Shown here: piece after piece, positions 18,969-28,275 of the stretch | How positions within the stretch are numbered: the stretch's first letter is position 1 | Layout of the letters: every line of letters begins with the position of its first letter | Program-made: the position numbers and the translations under genes | From: a virus | Length of the DNA: 64,000 nt | Reading direction: 5' to 3' (one strand) | IMG/VR virus record: IMGVR_UViG_3300029922_000004 | The notes under the pieces: generated by a model | The model's input: only the letters and a program-made list of their open reading frames with translations | Told to the model about the DNA's origin: nothing | Databases searched by the model: none

Positions 18969-20972
18969 ATGGCGGCATTCGATAGCAGTGTGAGGCTGAA
19001 ACAGTTAAATCAGCCAGAGGTGAGCGGATTTATCCTTCAAGTAATTCAAGGATACTTATCTAATTCGGGTTCTCCTGTAGCTGCCACGGGACTTTTAAAC
19101 GAAGTTTTTTATCCATTAGAAAATAATCCGTCAGGATATACCATTTCCGGCGCGTTTATTTCTCAATCCGACCTAGATAGCGCTACAACACAAGTACTGT
19201 CCTATGTTGCAAATAATTATTATCCTGACACAAACCCTAGCGGATACGCATCATCATTGACTGGTAGCGGAGCTTACTATCCACTCAATAGTAATCCTAG
19301 CGGATATATAACCACAGGACAAACCGGTAACTTCGGCGGTGGTAGCTTTAATACAGGGACTTTAGTCGGAACGTTCTACTTAAACTCCAATCCCTCGGGC
19401 TATATCACAGGTCTAAATACTGGCTCATTTGTCACAACAGGACAAACTGGAAGTTTTATTACAACCGGTCAAACCGGAAACTTCGGCGGCGGTAGTTTTA
19501 ACACTGGAACTTTAGTGGGAACATTTGTCAGCGTCAATGGTGCCGAAGAAATCTACGGCCAAAAAATTTTTAATCCAACAACAATTTTCAACAATGGTAT
19601 CTTGGCCTATGTAAATGGTTATCTCCAAAATTATACGGGGTCATCAACCGCCGGACAAACCACGCTAGATTGGCTAAGTCGTGTTACTTATGATTCCTCA
19701 AATAATACTTCAATAGACTGGCAAAATCGACAATTAAAAGCTGGCTCCCTGACAATAGTAGACTGGTCGAATGGAATATTAAGCGGTACTTGGCAAGCTC
19801 AAGGATTAACGATTAGCGGACATAGCGTAGTTACTGGCGGGCCATATTACTTGAACAGTAATCCGTCGGGCTATATTACAACGGGTCAAACCGGAAACTT
19901 TGGCGGCGGCAGTTTTAATACTGGGACACTTGTAGGAACGTTTTACTTGAATAGCAATCCTTCGGGTTATATTACTGGAGTAAATACTGGTTCTTTTGTT
20001 ACAACCGGACAGACAGGAAACTTCGGTTTTAACAGCGGCTCATTAGTGGGGACATTTTCTCTTAATACTGGCGTTGTTCATATAACCGGCAATGAAACGG
20101 TTTCGGGGTTAAAAACATTTGTTTCTGGAATATTTTCCGCAGGATTCAGCCAAGCAATTAAAACCCAATCATCCAATTACAACCTAACCAATCTCGACAG
20201 TTCAATTCTATTCAGTGGCAATAACCTCACGGGAACTCTTCCTTCTGCGGCGACTTATTCCGGGCAGGTTTACAACATAAAATTATTAACAGGTTCCTTG
20301 ACAATAACTGGCGCTCAAAAGATAGACAACAGCAATACTTATAATTCATTTACCACGGACAAAGGTATATCAGTCCAAAGTGACGGAACTCAATGGTGGG
20401 TGATTAATCATTCTCCAACGGGGCTTTTAACTGGAAGTTTTTATCCATTGACGGGAAATCCTAGCGGGTATATTCAGGATTTTACCAGCGGGGAATTAGA
20501 AGTATTTTGTGACGGGTCAATTGCTCTAATGCCGGGGCAGGGTTTGTTATTGGACATGGCTGGTAGTCCTATTTTAGATGGCGCGGGGAATTATATCTAT
20601 ACCCCGTCTTCTGGAAATGTCGGCATCAATAATTTAAATCCACAATATACTCTAGACGTAAGCGGCGTAGGTAATTTTACAAATGGTTTGATAGTAAGCG
20701 GGGTAAGTGTCTCAACTGGTCTCAATAATTACATTAACAACCAACAAAGTTTTATTTACAACGTTTCTACTACTGGCAATAATAGTTACTTTGTGCAGTT
20801 TCCGTTTAACTTCCCCGCCGCGCCTAGGGTAAGCCTGACTCTTGAAATAACGGGGACTTATGTTTACGCCGTAGCCGTTTCCAACAGGACAATAAGTGGA
20901 TTTACTGCTTTATTCAGCGATATAATACAAGAATCGGGGGTTAGTTTGGATGTTTTCGCATCCCTCAATTAA
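18969..20972 (+). CDS. Repeat-rich tail/head fibre protein
   Basis: 667 aa; 7 NPSGY motifs, TGQTG repeats, C-terminal H-type-lectin-like FPFNFPAAPRVSLT domain; N-terminus shared with the 241 gene. Confidence 0.7.
   Translation: MAAFDSSVRLKQLNQPEVSGFILQVIQGYLSNSGSPVAATGLLNEVFYPLENNPSGYTISGAFISQSDLDSATTQVLSYVANNYYPDTNPSGYASSLTGSGAYYPLNSNPSGYITTGQTGNFGGGSFNTGTLVGTFYLNSNPSGYITGLNTGSFVTTGQTGSFITTGQTGNFGGGSFNTGTLVGTFVSVNGAEEIYGQKIFNPTTIFNNGILAYVNGYLQNYTGSSTAGQTTLDWLSRVTYDSSNNTSIDWQNRQLKAGSLTIVDWSNGILSGTWQAQGLTISGHSVVTGGPYYLNSNPSGYITTGQTGNFGGGSFNTGTLVGTFYLNSNPSGYITGVNTGSFVTTGQTGNFGFNSGSLVGTFSLNTGVVHITGNETVSGLKTFVSGIFSAGFSQAIKTQSSNYNLTNLDSSILFSGNNLTGTLPSAATYSGQVYNIKLLTGSLTITGAQKIDNSNTYNSFTTDKGISVQSDGTQWWVINHSPTGLLTGSFYPLTGNPSGYIQDFTSGELEVFCDGSIALMPGQGLLLDMAGSPILDGAGNYIYTPSSGNVGINNLNPQYTLDVSGVGNFTNGLIVSGVSVSTGLNNYINNQQSFIYNVSTTGNNSYFVQFPFNFPAAPRVSLTLEITGTYVYAVAVSNRTISGFTALFSDIIQESGVSLDVFASLN
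19270..20060 (+). repeat. Coding tandem repeats (YxLNSNPSGYITTGQTGNFGGGSFNTGTLVGTF)
   Basis: Repeated units visible in the translation; 32-nt exact identity of 19893-19924 with 21360-21391 in the next gene. Confidence 0.85.
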
Positions 20973-20976
20973 TCTA

Positions 20977-21057
20977 GTCAACAACATCTAGGCTAAAGCC
21001 GTAGATGCTTGTAAGTGAGAACCACCTACGATTGGCGAGTTGACTTTCGCCTGCCCA
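20977..21057. mobile_element. IS200/IS605-family-like terminal structured element (non-autonomous remnant)
   Basis: GTCAAC (20977) ... GTTGAC (21039) enclosing hairpins ATCTAGGC-TAAA-GCCGTAGAT and GTAAGTG-AGAAC-CACCTAC; resembles ends of TnpB/IscB-bearing elements; no transposase or TnpB ORF adjacent. Confidence 0.5.
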
Positions 21058-21089
21058 TAATTAAAAGGATAGCGGCTACGGGAATTTTT

Positions 21090-21096
21090 GTGTAAT
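21090..21096 (+). promoter_or_regulatory. Putative late promoter motif GTGTAAT
   Basis: Intergenic, upstream of the second repeat-rich fibre gene. Confidence 0.6.
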
Positions 21097-21146
21097 AACA
21101 ATGCGTATTAGTGCGGAAAGCCGCCAGTTTGGGAAACCAACAATGT

Positions 21147-22469
21147 ATGGCACAAAGATTTAGAACTGAAACACTTATTTTAAGCGGACAGGACGTAACC
21201 GGGATATTTTATCCATTAACCGGCAATCCAAGCGGCTTTGTTTTATCTTCACAAACGGGTTCGTTTATTACCACCGGCCAGACGGGTGTTTTTGGAGCAA
21301 GCGGAAATTTTTATCCTCTCAACTCGAATCCTTCGGGGTATATAACTACGGGGCAAACTGGAAACTTTGGCGGCGGCAGTTTTAATACTGGCACGTTGGT
21401 AGGAACTTTCTACTTAAACTCCAACCCTTCTGGATATATAACGGGCGTAAATACCGGTTCATTTATTACTACTGGACAAACCGGCGCTTTCTACCCGCTA
21501 GGATTCAACCCGTCAGGATACATTACCGGCGAAGCTCTTTTTACAGCGAATAGTGGAAGCTATGTAACGATTACGCAAAGTGGGTTATTGACGGGTTCAT
21601 TTTATCCGCTTACAGGAAATCCAAGCGGATTTATTCTACCCTCTCAAACCGGTGGGTTTATTACAACCGGTCAGACTGGAGCATTTTATCCTTTAGGATT
21701 TAATCCCAGCGGTTACATCACCACTGGACAGACAGGAAATTTTGGCGGCGGCAGTTTTAATACTGGCACGTTGGTTGGAACGTTTTACTTAAACTCTAAT
21801 CCATCGGGTTATATAACAGGTTTAAATACCGGTTCATTTATTACTACTGGACAAACCGGCGCTTTCTACCCACTAGGATTCAATCCGTCTGGATATATTA
21901 CCACAGGGCAGACTGGGAATTTCGGGGGTGGCTCTTTTAACACGGGAACTCTGGTGGGAACTTTTGCCCAACTTAATACTAATCAAGCGGGGAATTTAAA
22001 TATCAGTGGTTCTGGAAATTTTATTAGCGGGCTTTATCTAAGTGGGAATCAGGTCGTCACAGGTGGGCCATATTATCTTAATTCCAATCCTTCGGGATAT
22101 ATCACTACGGGACAGACCGGCGCATTCGGAGGCGGGGGGGTTACTAATCCAGCATGGGGAAATTTAACTTTTGGGGCGACAACCACATGGAATACGGCAA
22201 GTAATGTCTGCGAAGATAAACAGAGATTGACTTTAACTGGCTCTTCCACTTTGGCCATTTCCGGTTTATACAATGGATGGGCTGGTCTTCTTCAAACAAT
22301 ACAATCGGGCAGTGGATATAATCTTACTTTGCCTTCTGGAACCAAGGTAGCCTACAATGGTTCTGGCGTTATTTCTTTAACAACTGGAATTTCAGGGGCA
22401 AGAGATATGGTTAGCTTCGTTTATGACGGAACTTATTTGTTCGCTAATATAGCCAATTATTTTAACTAA
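21147..22469 (+). CDS. Repeat-rich fibre protein
   Basis: Likely start MAQRFRTETL at 21147 (track start is GTG 21111); 9 NPSG[YF] motifs; C-terminal LTFGATTTWN...LTLTG...GLLQTIQSGSG...RDMVSFVYDG domain typical of fibre tips. Confidence 0.7.
   Translation: MAQRFRTETLILSGQDVTGIFYPLTGNPSGFVLSSQTGSFITTGQTGVFGASGNFYPLNSNPSGYITTGQTGNFGGGSFNTGTLVGTFYLNSNPSGYITGVNTGSFITTGQTGAFYPLGFNPSGYITGEALFTANSGSYVTITQSGLLTGSFYPLTGNPSGFILPSQTGGFITTGQTGAFYPLGFNPSGYITTGQTGNFGGGSFNTGTLVGTFYLNSNPSGYITGLNTGSFITTGQTGAFYPLGFNPSGYITTGQTGNFGGGSFNTGTLVGTFAQLNTNQAGNLNISGSGNFISGLYLSGNQVVTGGPYYLNSNPSGYITTGQTGAFGGGGVTNPAWGNLTFGATTTWNTASNVCEDKQRLTLTGSSTLAISGLYNGWAGLLQTIQSGSGYNLTLPSGTKVAYNGSGVISLTTGISGARDMVSFVYDGTYLFANIANYFN
21200..22130 (+). 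repeat. Coding tandem repeats (FYPLGFNPSGYITTGQTG units)
   Basis: 49-nt exact duplicate at 21448-21496 and 21823-21871, plus multiple diverged units. Confidence 0.85.
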
Positions 22470-23137
22470 TGAGTACCTTTAGAAACATGGTCAAGCCACC
22501 AGTCACCAACGGTTTAATTTTGTGGTGGAGATTTAATGAATTATCCGGGACAATCTTACAGGATTCTTCTGGATATGGAAATATAGGGACATTAACAAAC
22601 GGTGCGACTTGGGTTAAAGGACCCTTTTATGGCAATGCACTCAATCTAAATGGAAGCAATCAAAATATTACCACTAATTTTAATATATCAAATAAATTAT
22701 CAAATAATTTTACTATAAATATTTGGGTAAATGTTTTGAATAATCAATCAAGTGGAACTGGGGCTTTTTTATGGTCTGCTTCTGTCTCTGGAGGAACCCG
22801 TTTCTATCTTGCTATACCAGACTCGACCGCCCTAACAAGTTCAAAAATAGGATTAAGTTCTTGGAATCCCATAGAAGCTAACACAATAAATCTAAATACT
22901 TGGAATATGTGGACCATTATTCTCTCTGGAGCAAATGGTTATTTTTATTTAAATGGCGCATTGAAAGATTCTCAAACTGGAATAACTGTATCTTTACCTA
23001 ACACTACTCTCTCAGTGGGACAACAAGCTGCTGGCTCGGAAGTGGGCTTCTTTAATGGTAATATCAACAATTTTCGTATATATAACCGCGCTTTATCAAC
23101 CTCTGAAATTTCAACGCTTTATCATGCTGGTGAGTAA
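22469..23137 (+). CDS. LamG/concanavalin A-like lectin domain virion protein
   Basis: GLILWWRFNE...DSSGYGNIGTL...W...ALNLNG...FTINIWV...WNMWTI...FNGNINNFRIYNRALSTSEI is the canonical LamG-like pattern. Confidence 0.85.
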   Translation: MSTFRNMVKPPVTNGLILWWRFNELSGTILQDSSGYGNIGTLTNGATWVKGPFYGNALNLNGSNQNITTNFNISNKLSNNFTINIWVNVLNNQSSGTGAFLWSASVSGGTRFYLAIPDSTALTSSKIGLSSWNPIEANTINLNTWNMWTIILSGANGYFYLNGALKDSQTGITVSLPNTTLSVGQQAAGSEVGFFNGNINNFRIYNRALSTSEISTLYHAGE

Positions 23138-23140
23138 ATA

Positions 23141-23147
23141 GTGTAAT
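23141..23147 (+). promoter_or_regulatory. Putative late promoter motif GTGTAAT
   Basis: 7 nt before ATG 23155. Confidence 0.7.
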
Positions 23148-23154
23148 ATATGTT

Positions 23155-23499
23155 ATGCCAGTCCAATACAATTTTGCCGTTTCTCAGGGTTCCGACATAA
23201 ACTTTTCGCTTATAGCGTCGGGTTCTTCTGGTTTGCCCCTTAATCTATCTGGATGTTCGGCGGTAGCGGGAGTAAAATATGGGTATGCTTCAACTGGATA
23301 TTTGATAAATCTGAATCCCCAAATAGATTCGAGTCTGGTTAGTGGCATTATCAATATTTATGTATCCGGCGTCTTAACGACTGGGACCCCCATAACCAAG
23401 GCTGTTTGGGATTTAGATATTATCAATACCGGGTCGGGGACTAATACGAAAGCGTTTTACGGTTATTGCGAAATTTACCCCCAAATATCTCTATTTTAA
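23155..23499 (+). CDS. Small virion protein, BppU N-terminal-like Ig fold
   Basis: YNFAVSQGSD...PLNLSG...AVWDLDII...KAFYGYCEIYPQIS matches the common QG-x-D / YD-x-E / G-x-x-x-V-x-P family. Confidence 0.6.
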   Translation: MPVQYNFAVSQGSDINFSLIASGSSGLPLNLSGCSAVAGVKYGYASTGYLINLNPQIDSSLVSGIINIYVSGVLTTGTPITKAVWDLDIINTGSGTNTKAFYGYCEIYPQISLF

Positions 23500-23500
23500 C

Positions 23501-24076
23501 ATGAAAAGCTGGAAACATATTCCTAGATTGCCGGGCGTTTATAAATTAACTAATAAAATTAATGGTAAAATTTATATTGGCAAGTCTATATCATTGAGAA
23601 GGAGATTAATGGAACATCAATACGAACGCCGTGATGCTTATCCAATAGAAAGGGCAATTAAAAAATACGGTATGGATAATTTTGAAATAGAAGTACTGCA
23701 TCAAGAAATAAATATAGACAACTTGTGTCTTTTAGCGATAGAATCCGCATATATTGAATTTTTCAATTCGACAGATAAAAACCTAGGATATAATGTCTTA
23801 CAGTTTGGAGGGGGAGATAGAACTGGTATTCCTCATTCGCAGGAAACGAAAAATAAAATCTCAATAGCGAACAAAGGTAAAGTATCACACAATAAAAGAC
23901 CCATCAAACAAATAAATATTACAACTGGAGAATTAATCAAAGTTTGGCCATCTATGAAAGAGGCCGCTGCTGGTATGGGTATTAGAAACTATCAGGAAAT
24001 ATACAGAGTATGTAAAAATATAAGACCTAGATGTCACGGATTTAAATGGCAATATGCCAAAGAGAAAAGTTTATAA
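23501..24076 (+). CDS. GIY-YIG homing endonuclease with NUMOD3/NUMOD1-like tail
   Basis: GVYKLTNKINGKIYIGKS...E...GYN; HSQETKNKIS and WPSMKEAA...IYRVC...GFKWQY. Confidence 0.9.
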   Translation: MKSWKHIPRLPGVYKLTNKINGKIYIGKSISLRRRLMEHQYERRDAYPIERAIKKYGMDNFEIEVLHQEINIDNLCLLAIESAYIEFFNSTDKNLGYNVLQFGGGDRTGIPHSQETKNKISIANKGKVSHNKRPIKQINITTGELIKVWPSMKEAAAGMGIRNYQEIYRVCKNIRPRCHGFKWQYAKEKSL

Positions 24077-24077
24077 T

Positions 24078-24581
24078 ATGAAAATTGTAACAATAGCAGA
24101 CGAGATTGTCCGCGAAAATGGGCTAAAGGAATCCTATATTACCTCTACGGCTTATTGGCTTCGTTCGAATGTCGGGAAGTTAAACCTTTTACTCTATGAA
24201 GACTTCTATGTAGACCCAGTGACTCTGGAGATTTTTAAGGACAAGGGGAATCCGTGTGAGATACATAAACTCGCGGCGGCAATATTTAAGCTGATGTATA
24301 GGTCATATTACTTCGACCTGCAAATTAGTAATACGATTTTCTCCATGAATGAGAATTCGATATTGTCCGCGAGTGATGAAGACTTTAAAGTGACCAAAAT
24401 CAATCGCTCAGAGGTGTTAAAGACTTTAGCCCAACTTAAAAAAGACACAGAAACAGAATTAAAATTTGCCGTCCATTATTATCGCTCAAATTACGGAATT
24501 CCACGGGGAGTTTCGGGTGATGATTTTGTCGAGGGCCACTATAATAGCGTGTATTCTCATGGTTACAAAAGAGACTATTAA
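24078..24581 (+). CDS. Putative head-tail adaptor
   Basis: Helical protein first in the neck cluster; ATG 24078 (MKIVTIADEI) preferred over the track start 24054, which overlaps the endonuclease. Confidence 0.55.
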   Translation: MKIVTIADEIVRENGLKESYITSTAYWLRSNVGKLNLLLYEDFYVDPVTLEIFKDKGNPCEIHKLAAAIFKLMYRSYYFDLQISNTIFSMNENSILSASDEDFKVTKINRSEVLKTLAQLKKDTETELKFAVHYYRSNYGIPRGVSGDDFVEGHYNSVYSHGYKRDY

Positions 24582-24583
24582 TT

Positions 24584-25627
24584 ATGGCAAGAGAAAAAAT
24601 ATGTGGAATTTATGTGATAGAGGCCATGTCTGGAAATCCAGATAAGATAGGGTTTAAGTACGTTGGGCAATCTTTAAACTGTAATAGGAGATTACTTAGA
24701 CATCAAAATGAACTAAAATTACAAAAACATTATAATCCAAAATTGCAAAGATATTATAATAAGTATGGAGTGTATTCATTTAAATTCTATATCATTAAGT
24801 CATATTTACAAAAGGAACTTGATTTTTGGGAAAGATGGTGGATAAAATGTTTTAATAGTCAAGAAGAAGGTTTTAATTTAACGAGTGGTGGTCATAGTGG
24901 GGAAGCAGCGAGAAAACCAATAACGCTTCATAATATTTACACTGGTGAAATTAAATCTTTTAAATCACAAACAGAATTTGGAGAGCAATATCATGCCTCG
25001 AGCGCTAATCTAACGGCCCTCTTAAAAGGTAAACAAAAGACTATCAAAGGGTGGTGTCTGCCCCAAAATATATCCCTCTATAAACCACAGCAATATTCTC
25101 TATACCATTCAATGCACGGAAAAGTCATTGTGTGTGACCTGAAAGAATTTAGACAAAAATACAACATCGGATACCCAGAACATCTTACGGAATTATTATC
25201 TGGTAAACGTTACTCGTGCGAGGGGTGGAAATTAGAAAACGGAAGAGAAAGGGATAATGCAAACGCCCATAAAAGATTCCATTTTAAGTTAATTAACAAT
25301 TCTGGTGAAATAATAGAGGGATTTAATCAAACTGAGTGCGCTAAAAAAATAGGAGTAACCCACCAACTTCTTTGGAACGTCCTACATGGTAAAAACATAT
25401 CATGCGCTGGTTGGAGATTAGTCAATGGAAGAGAAAAAAGCAATGGCAATGCTAATAAGAGATTTAAGTTTAAAATCATAAACGCAACTGGAAAGATAGT
25501 AGAGGGGTTTAATCAGACAGAATGTGCTAATAAAATAAATATACCAGTTAGGCAATTAAATAAGATATTAGTAGGGCAACGAAAAACTTGTCATGGTTGG
25601 AAACTCTTAGAAAGAGAGTATAAGTAA
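24584..25627 (+). CDS. GIY-YIG homing endonuclease with tandem NUMOD1-like repeats
   Basis: CGIYVI...KYVGQS...HYNPKLQRYYNKYG...GFNLTSGG, followed by four related units each ending in GW. Confidence 0.9.
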   Translation: MAREKICGIYVIEAMSGNPDKIGFKYVGQSLNCNRRLLRHQNELKLQKHYNPKLQRYYNKYGVYSFKFYIIKSYLQKELDFWERWWIKCFNSQEEGFNLTSGGHSGEAARKPITLHNIYTGEIKSFKSQTEFGEQYHASSANLTALLKGKQKTIKGWCLPQNISLYKPQQYSLYHSMHGKVIVCDLKEFRQKYNIGYPEHLTELLSGKRYSCEGWKLENGRERDNANAHKRFHFKLINNSGEIIEGFNQTECAKKIGVTHQLLWNVLHGKNISCAGWRLVNGREKSNGNANKRFKFKIINATGKIVEGFNQTECANKINIPVRQLNKILVGQRKTCHGWKLLEREYK

Positions 25628-26085
25628 TGAATAATTGGATTTCTCAAACTGAACGCGAGGCTCTTTCTGGAGATTTTCAGAAAGTATTTAATTCCTTTGC
25701 TAGAGAATTTACGGTTTTTAAGGTCCCAATAGTTCAGGCATTGGTTTCTCCGTCATTAGTTCCACAGGGAACTTTTGGTTTTGGCGCAGCCCCCGTTCAA
25801 ACTCAAGAAATTTTTATTCCTGTTTCATCAGTATTTTCTGGATGTATTAGATATTATGGTCACAAACACTTGGGACAAGCAGCTCTTATACAAGATACTA
25901 ATACTATGACACCGGTAGGTCAGGTTCAAATTCAAGTGACGCCAGAAGCTCACGCCTATATAGAATCAGGTCAAACTGACGGATTTTTTTTCGACTCAAA
26001 AATGTTCTATTTCGTCGGAAAAGACCAAGCCTATCCCTTTCTCGGCGGGTTGTATTATAAGTATCAGTTAGCACCTAAAATCTAA
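25627..26085 (+). CDS. Putative head closure protein
   Basis: 152-aa beta-rich protein following the adaptor; TAATG-coupled at both ends. Confidence 0.5.
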   Translation: MNNWISQTEREALSGDFQKVFNSFAREFTVFKVPIVQALVSPSLVPQGTFGFGAAPVQTQEIFIPVSSVFSGCIRYYGHKHLGQAALIQDTNTMTPVGQVQIQVTPEAHAYIESGQTDGFFFDSKMFYFVGKDQAYPFLGGLYYKYQLAPKI

Positions 26086-26711
26086 TGGCTACTATAAGTT
26101 TAAAATTCAATTCCGCAGAATTCCAAAAAAAATTCCGCGCCCACATTGATTCTGATATTAGAATTAAAACCGCCGTGAACAAGTATGCTAATAATATTTT
26201 TGGAGGGGCGAGAAAGGCCATGCTTAAAGAGTTTAATGACCATCCTATCACCAAGGAATTAAGAGAAGGGCCAAATGGGGACAATCTTTCTAATACGCTG
26301 AACGGGAAAGGAAACCTTTTTACATTCTTGGGATTTTATGCGGACCAAGACCCTGTAACACCAATAGAGCTTCTTCTTGAAATGACTAATATGCGTCGAA
26401 CGGTTGTTAGAGGCAATCATGTTTATTTTAAAATTCAAGCTCCAGATAAAAAGATGATTGAGAGCGTTACGGAGATGACTTGGGCTGGAATTTCGTGGGC
26501 TTTTGCAGTCGAAACGGGCGCGTTCGAGGGCGGCGCGGACTTAACGCATTTTATTTTTAGGACATTTCAAAGTGGTAGCCGAAGCGGGCGCGGTCTTCAA
26601 ACTACGGGGATTGCGAGAGAGGACGAGTTCGAACCAAAAATGTACATGAGTGAGATTTTGGGGAATTTCCAACTACGAATTAACTCCGCGAATTTGGGGC
26701 TAAAGTTTTAA
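26085..26711 (+). CDS. Putative neck/tail-completion protein
   Basis: 208 aa, basic; position between closure and terminator genes. Confidence 0.5.
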   Translation: MATISLKFNSAEFQKKFRAHIDSDIRIKTAVNKYANNIFGGARKAMLKEFNDHPITKELREGPNGDNLSNTLNGKGNLFTFLGFYADQDPVTPIELLLEMTNMRRTVVRGNHVYFKIQAPDKKMIESVTEMTWAGISWAFAVETGAFEGGADLTHFIFRTFQSGSRSGRGLQTTGIAREDEFEPKMYMSEILGNFQLRINSANLGLKF

Positions 26712-26732
26712 CGAGAAAATGATACAATAGAT

Positions 26733-27383
26733 ATGGATAATCGCTTAAAACAGACCGGTGTATATCGCATAGTTAATGAAATGAATGGGCATTATTATAT
26801 TGGAAGTACATCTGTATCTTTTCATGTCCGTAAAAATAGTCATTTGCGGGAATTAAGAAAGAATACTCACGAAAACCGACATCTACAAAATGCATTTAAT
26901 AAATACGGGGAAGAGGCTTTTACTTGGGATATAGTTGAGATTGTCCCGCCAGAGCAGTGCTTGACTAGAGAGCAGTGGTATTTAGACAATAAACCGTGCG
27001 AATATAATATTTGTCGTACGGCAGGGTCAACCCGTGGAGTAAAAGCTTCTAAAGAAACGCGAGCTAAAATTAGCGCCTCTAAAATAGGTAAAAAAGATTC
27101 TCCAAAAAGAATAGAACAAAAATCTCAACATATGTATGAAAGAAATTTAATTGGCGAAAGAAATTATATGTTTGGTAGAAGCGGTATACTCAATCCAGCG
27201 TCAAAACCTACCGTTTACTTTAATTCTAATACTAATATGATACATGAATTTGAATCTGTGACGGCTTTGGCAAAATTTTTAGATATTAGTGTTCAATATA
27301 CGAAAGATATATTAAAGGGGCAAAAAACTGGTAACTTTTTAAAAAAAACTGGAATTAAAATACAATATAAGGAGGTAATTTGA
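26733..27383 (+). CDS. GIY-YIG homing endonuclease (NUMOD3-like)
   Basis: TGVYRIVNEMNGHYYIGST...HENRHLQNAFNKYG...YNIC..AGS; SKETRAKISASKIG. Confidence 0.9.
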   Translation: MDNRLKQTGVYRIVNEMNGHYYIGSTSVSFHVRKNSHLRELRKNTHENRHLQNAFNKYGEEAFTWDIVEIVPPEQCLTREQWYLDNKPCEYNICRTAGSTRGVKASKETRAKISASKIGKKDSPKRIEQKSQHMYERNLIGERNYMFGRSGILNPASKPTVYFNSNTNMIHEFESVTALAKFLDISVQYTKDILKGQKTGNFLKKTGIKIQYKEVI

Positions 27384-28207
27384 CCCCCCAGTTAGATAAT
27401 TTTCTCTGTTCGTCTTTGCTTCTTTTTATTCAACATGAAGTATTAAGACAGGGCTGGGCGTATTCCAACCAGTCTAGTTTATTCTACCCAGACACAAATG
27501 AAATCCAAGGGCTGTATACTTATACTTCACCCTATCGTCCCCTAGTTAATGATGTTTCTATAAGTGGAGCGAATGTAATGTCTGGAGTTTTTGTAAATGG
27601 AAACTTTACCACCATCGGGTCTTCGGGATTATATTGTATAAACCACAGTCAAGGGTCAGTGACTTTTACTGCTCCGGTCAACGGAACAATCAGCGGAAAC
27701 TTCGCGGTCGCGGAATATAATTCGTGGATTTCAGATAGCAGTGACTACCACACTATATTTACCACAAAATATTCTTCCAATCCTCAGTATGCCGAAGTCG
27801 CAACTGGTCTTCAGGTAGAAGAAAAGACTTTCCCCGCAATTATTTTAGTTCCCAAAGTCCAAGAATTGCTCCCACTGTGTTTTGGGGGCCTTGATAACAA
27901 TTCATTAAGAGTCAGATGTATAGTAATCACGGACAGCGCATTTTCCAGAGTCGCGGTAATGAACATCCTTAAGAACCTCAAATTAAAACAATTACCTTTA
28001 GTTTTGTCAACCCCTTTTGATTATTTGGGTAACGCCACGGGAACTCAACCCTATAATTATACGGGATTGCCGTTCAATACCTCTCAAGTCCCACTAATTA
28101 TGTCAGCAAAAGCCGCCCAAATCCCTGAAAGCGATTCATTTTTAGATGCTACCAAGCAATTTGGCATGGTTGATATGGAAATCAGCACTTTTACCTCCCA
28201 CCAGTAA
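27380..28207 (+). CDS. Putative tail terminator/completion protein
   Basis: Immediately upstream of the tail tube; FPAIILV...LCFGG...VRCIVITD pattern typical of tail terminators; TTG start overlaps the endonuclease stop. Confidence 0.55.
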   Translation: MTPQLDNFLCSSLLLFIQHEVLRQGWAYSNQSSLFYPDTNEIQGLYTYTSPYRPLVNDVSISGANVMSGVFVNGNFTTIGSSGLYCINHSQGSVTFTAPVNGTISGNFAVAEYNSWISDSSDYHTIFTTKYSSNPQYAEVATGLQVEEKTFPAIILVPKVQELLPLCFGGLDNNSLRVRCIVITDSAFSRVAVMNILKNLKLKQLPLVLSTPFDYLGNATGTQPYNYTGLPFNTSQVPLIMSAKAAQIPESDSFLDATKQFGMVDMEISTFTSHQ

Positions 28208-28240
28208 ATTAAAAATAATTTCTTAAATCCTCAAATTTAA

Positions 28241-28247
28241 GTGTAAT
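28241..28247 (+). promoter_or_regulatory. Putative late promoter motif GTGTAAT
   Basis: Intergenic, 28 nt before the tail tube ATG at 28276. Confidence 0.7.
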
Positions 28248-28275
28248 GAATTATAGAAATTAAACAATAAACTTT

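Noticed and set aside
21101-21163. 20-codon ORF (MRISAESRQFGKPTMYGTKI) starting 4 nt after the late motif
   Set aside because: It could be a leader peptide overlapping the 21147 start, but nothing distinguishes it from a chance ORF.
18969-22469. CRISPR array or diversity-generating retroelement template/variable repeats
   Set aside because: The repeats are in-frame coding units that differ mainly at synonymous positions, with no spacers, no adenine-specific mismatch pattern and no reverse transcriptase in the window.
10326-27383. Group I introns hosting the endonuclease genes
   Set aside because: Flanking genes look complete, and the endonuclease ORFs abut them with almost no non-coding space for a ribozyme core.
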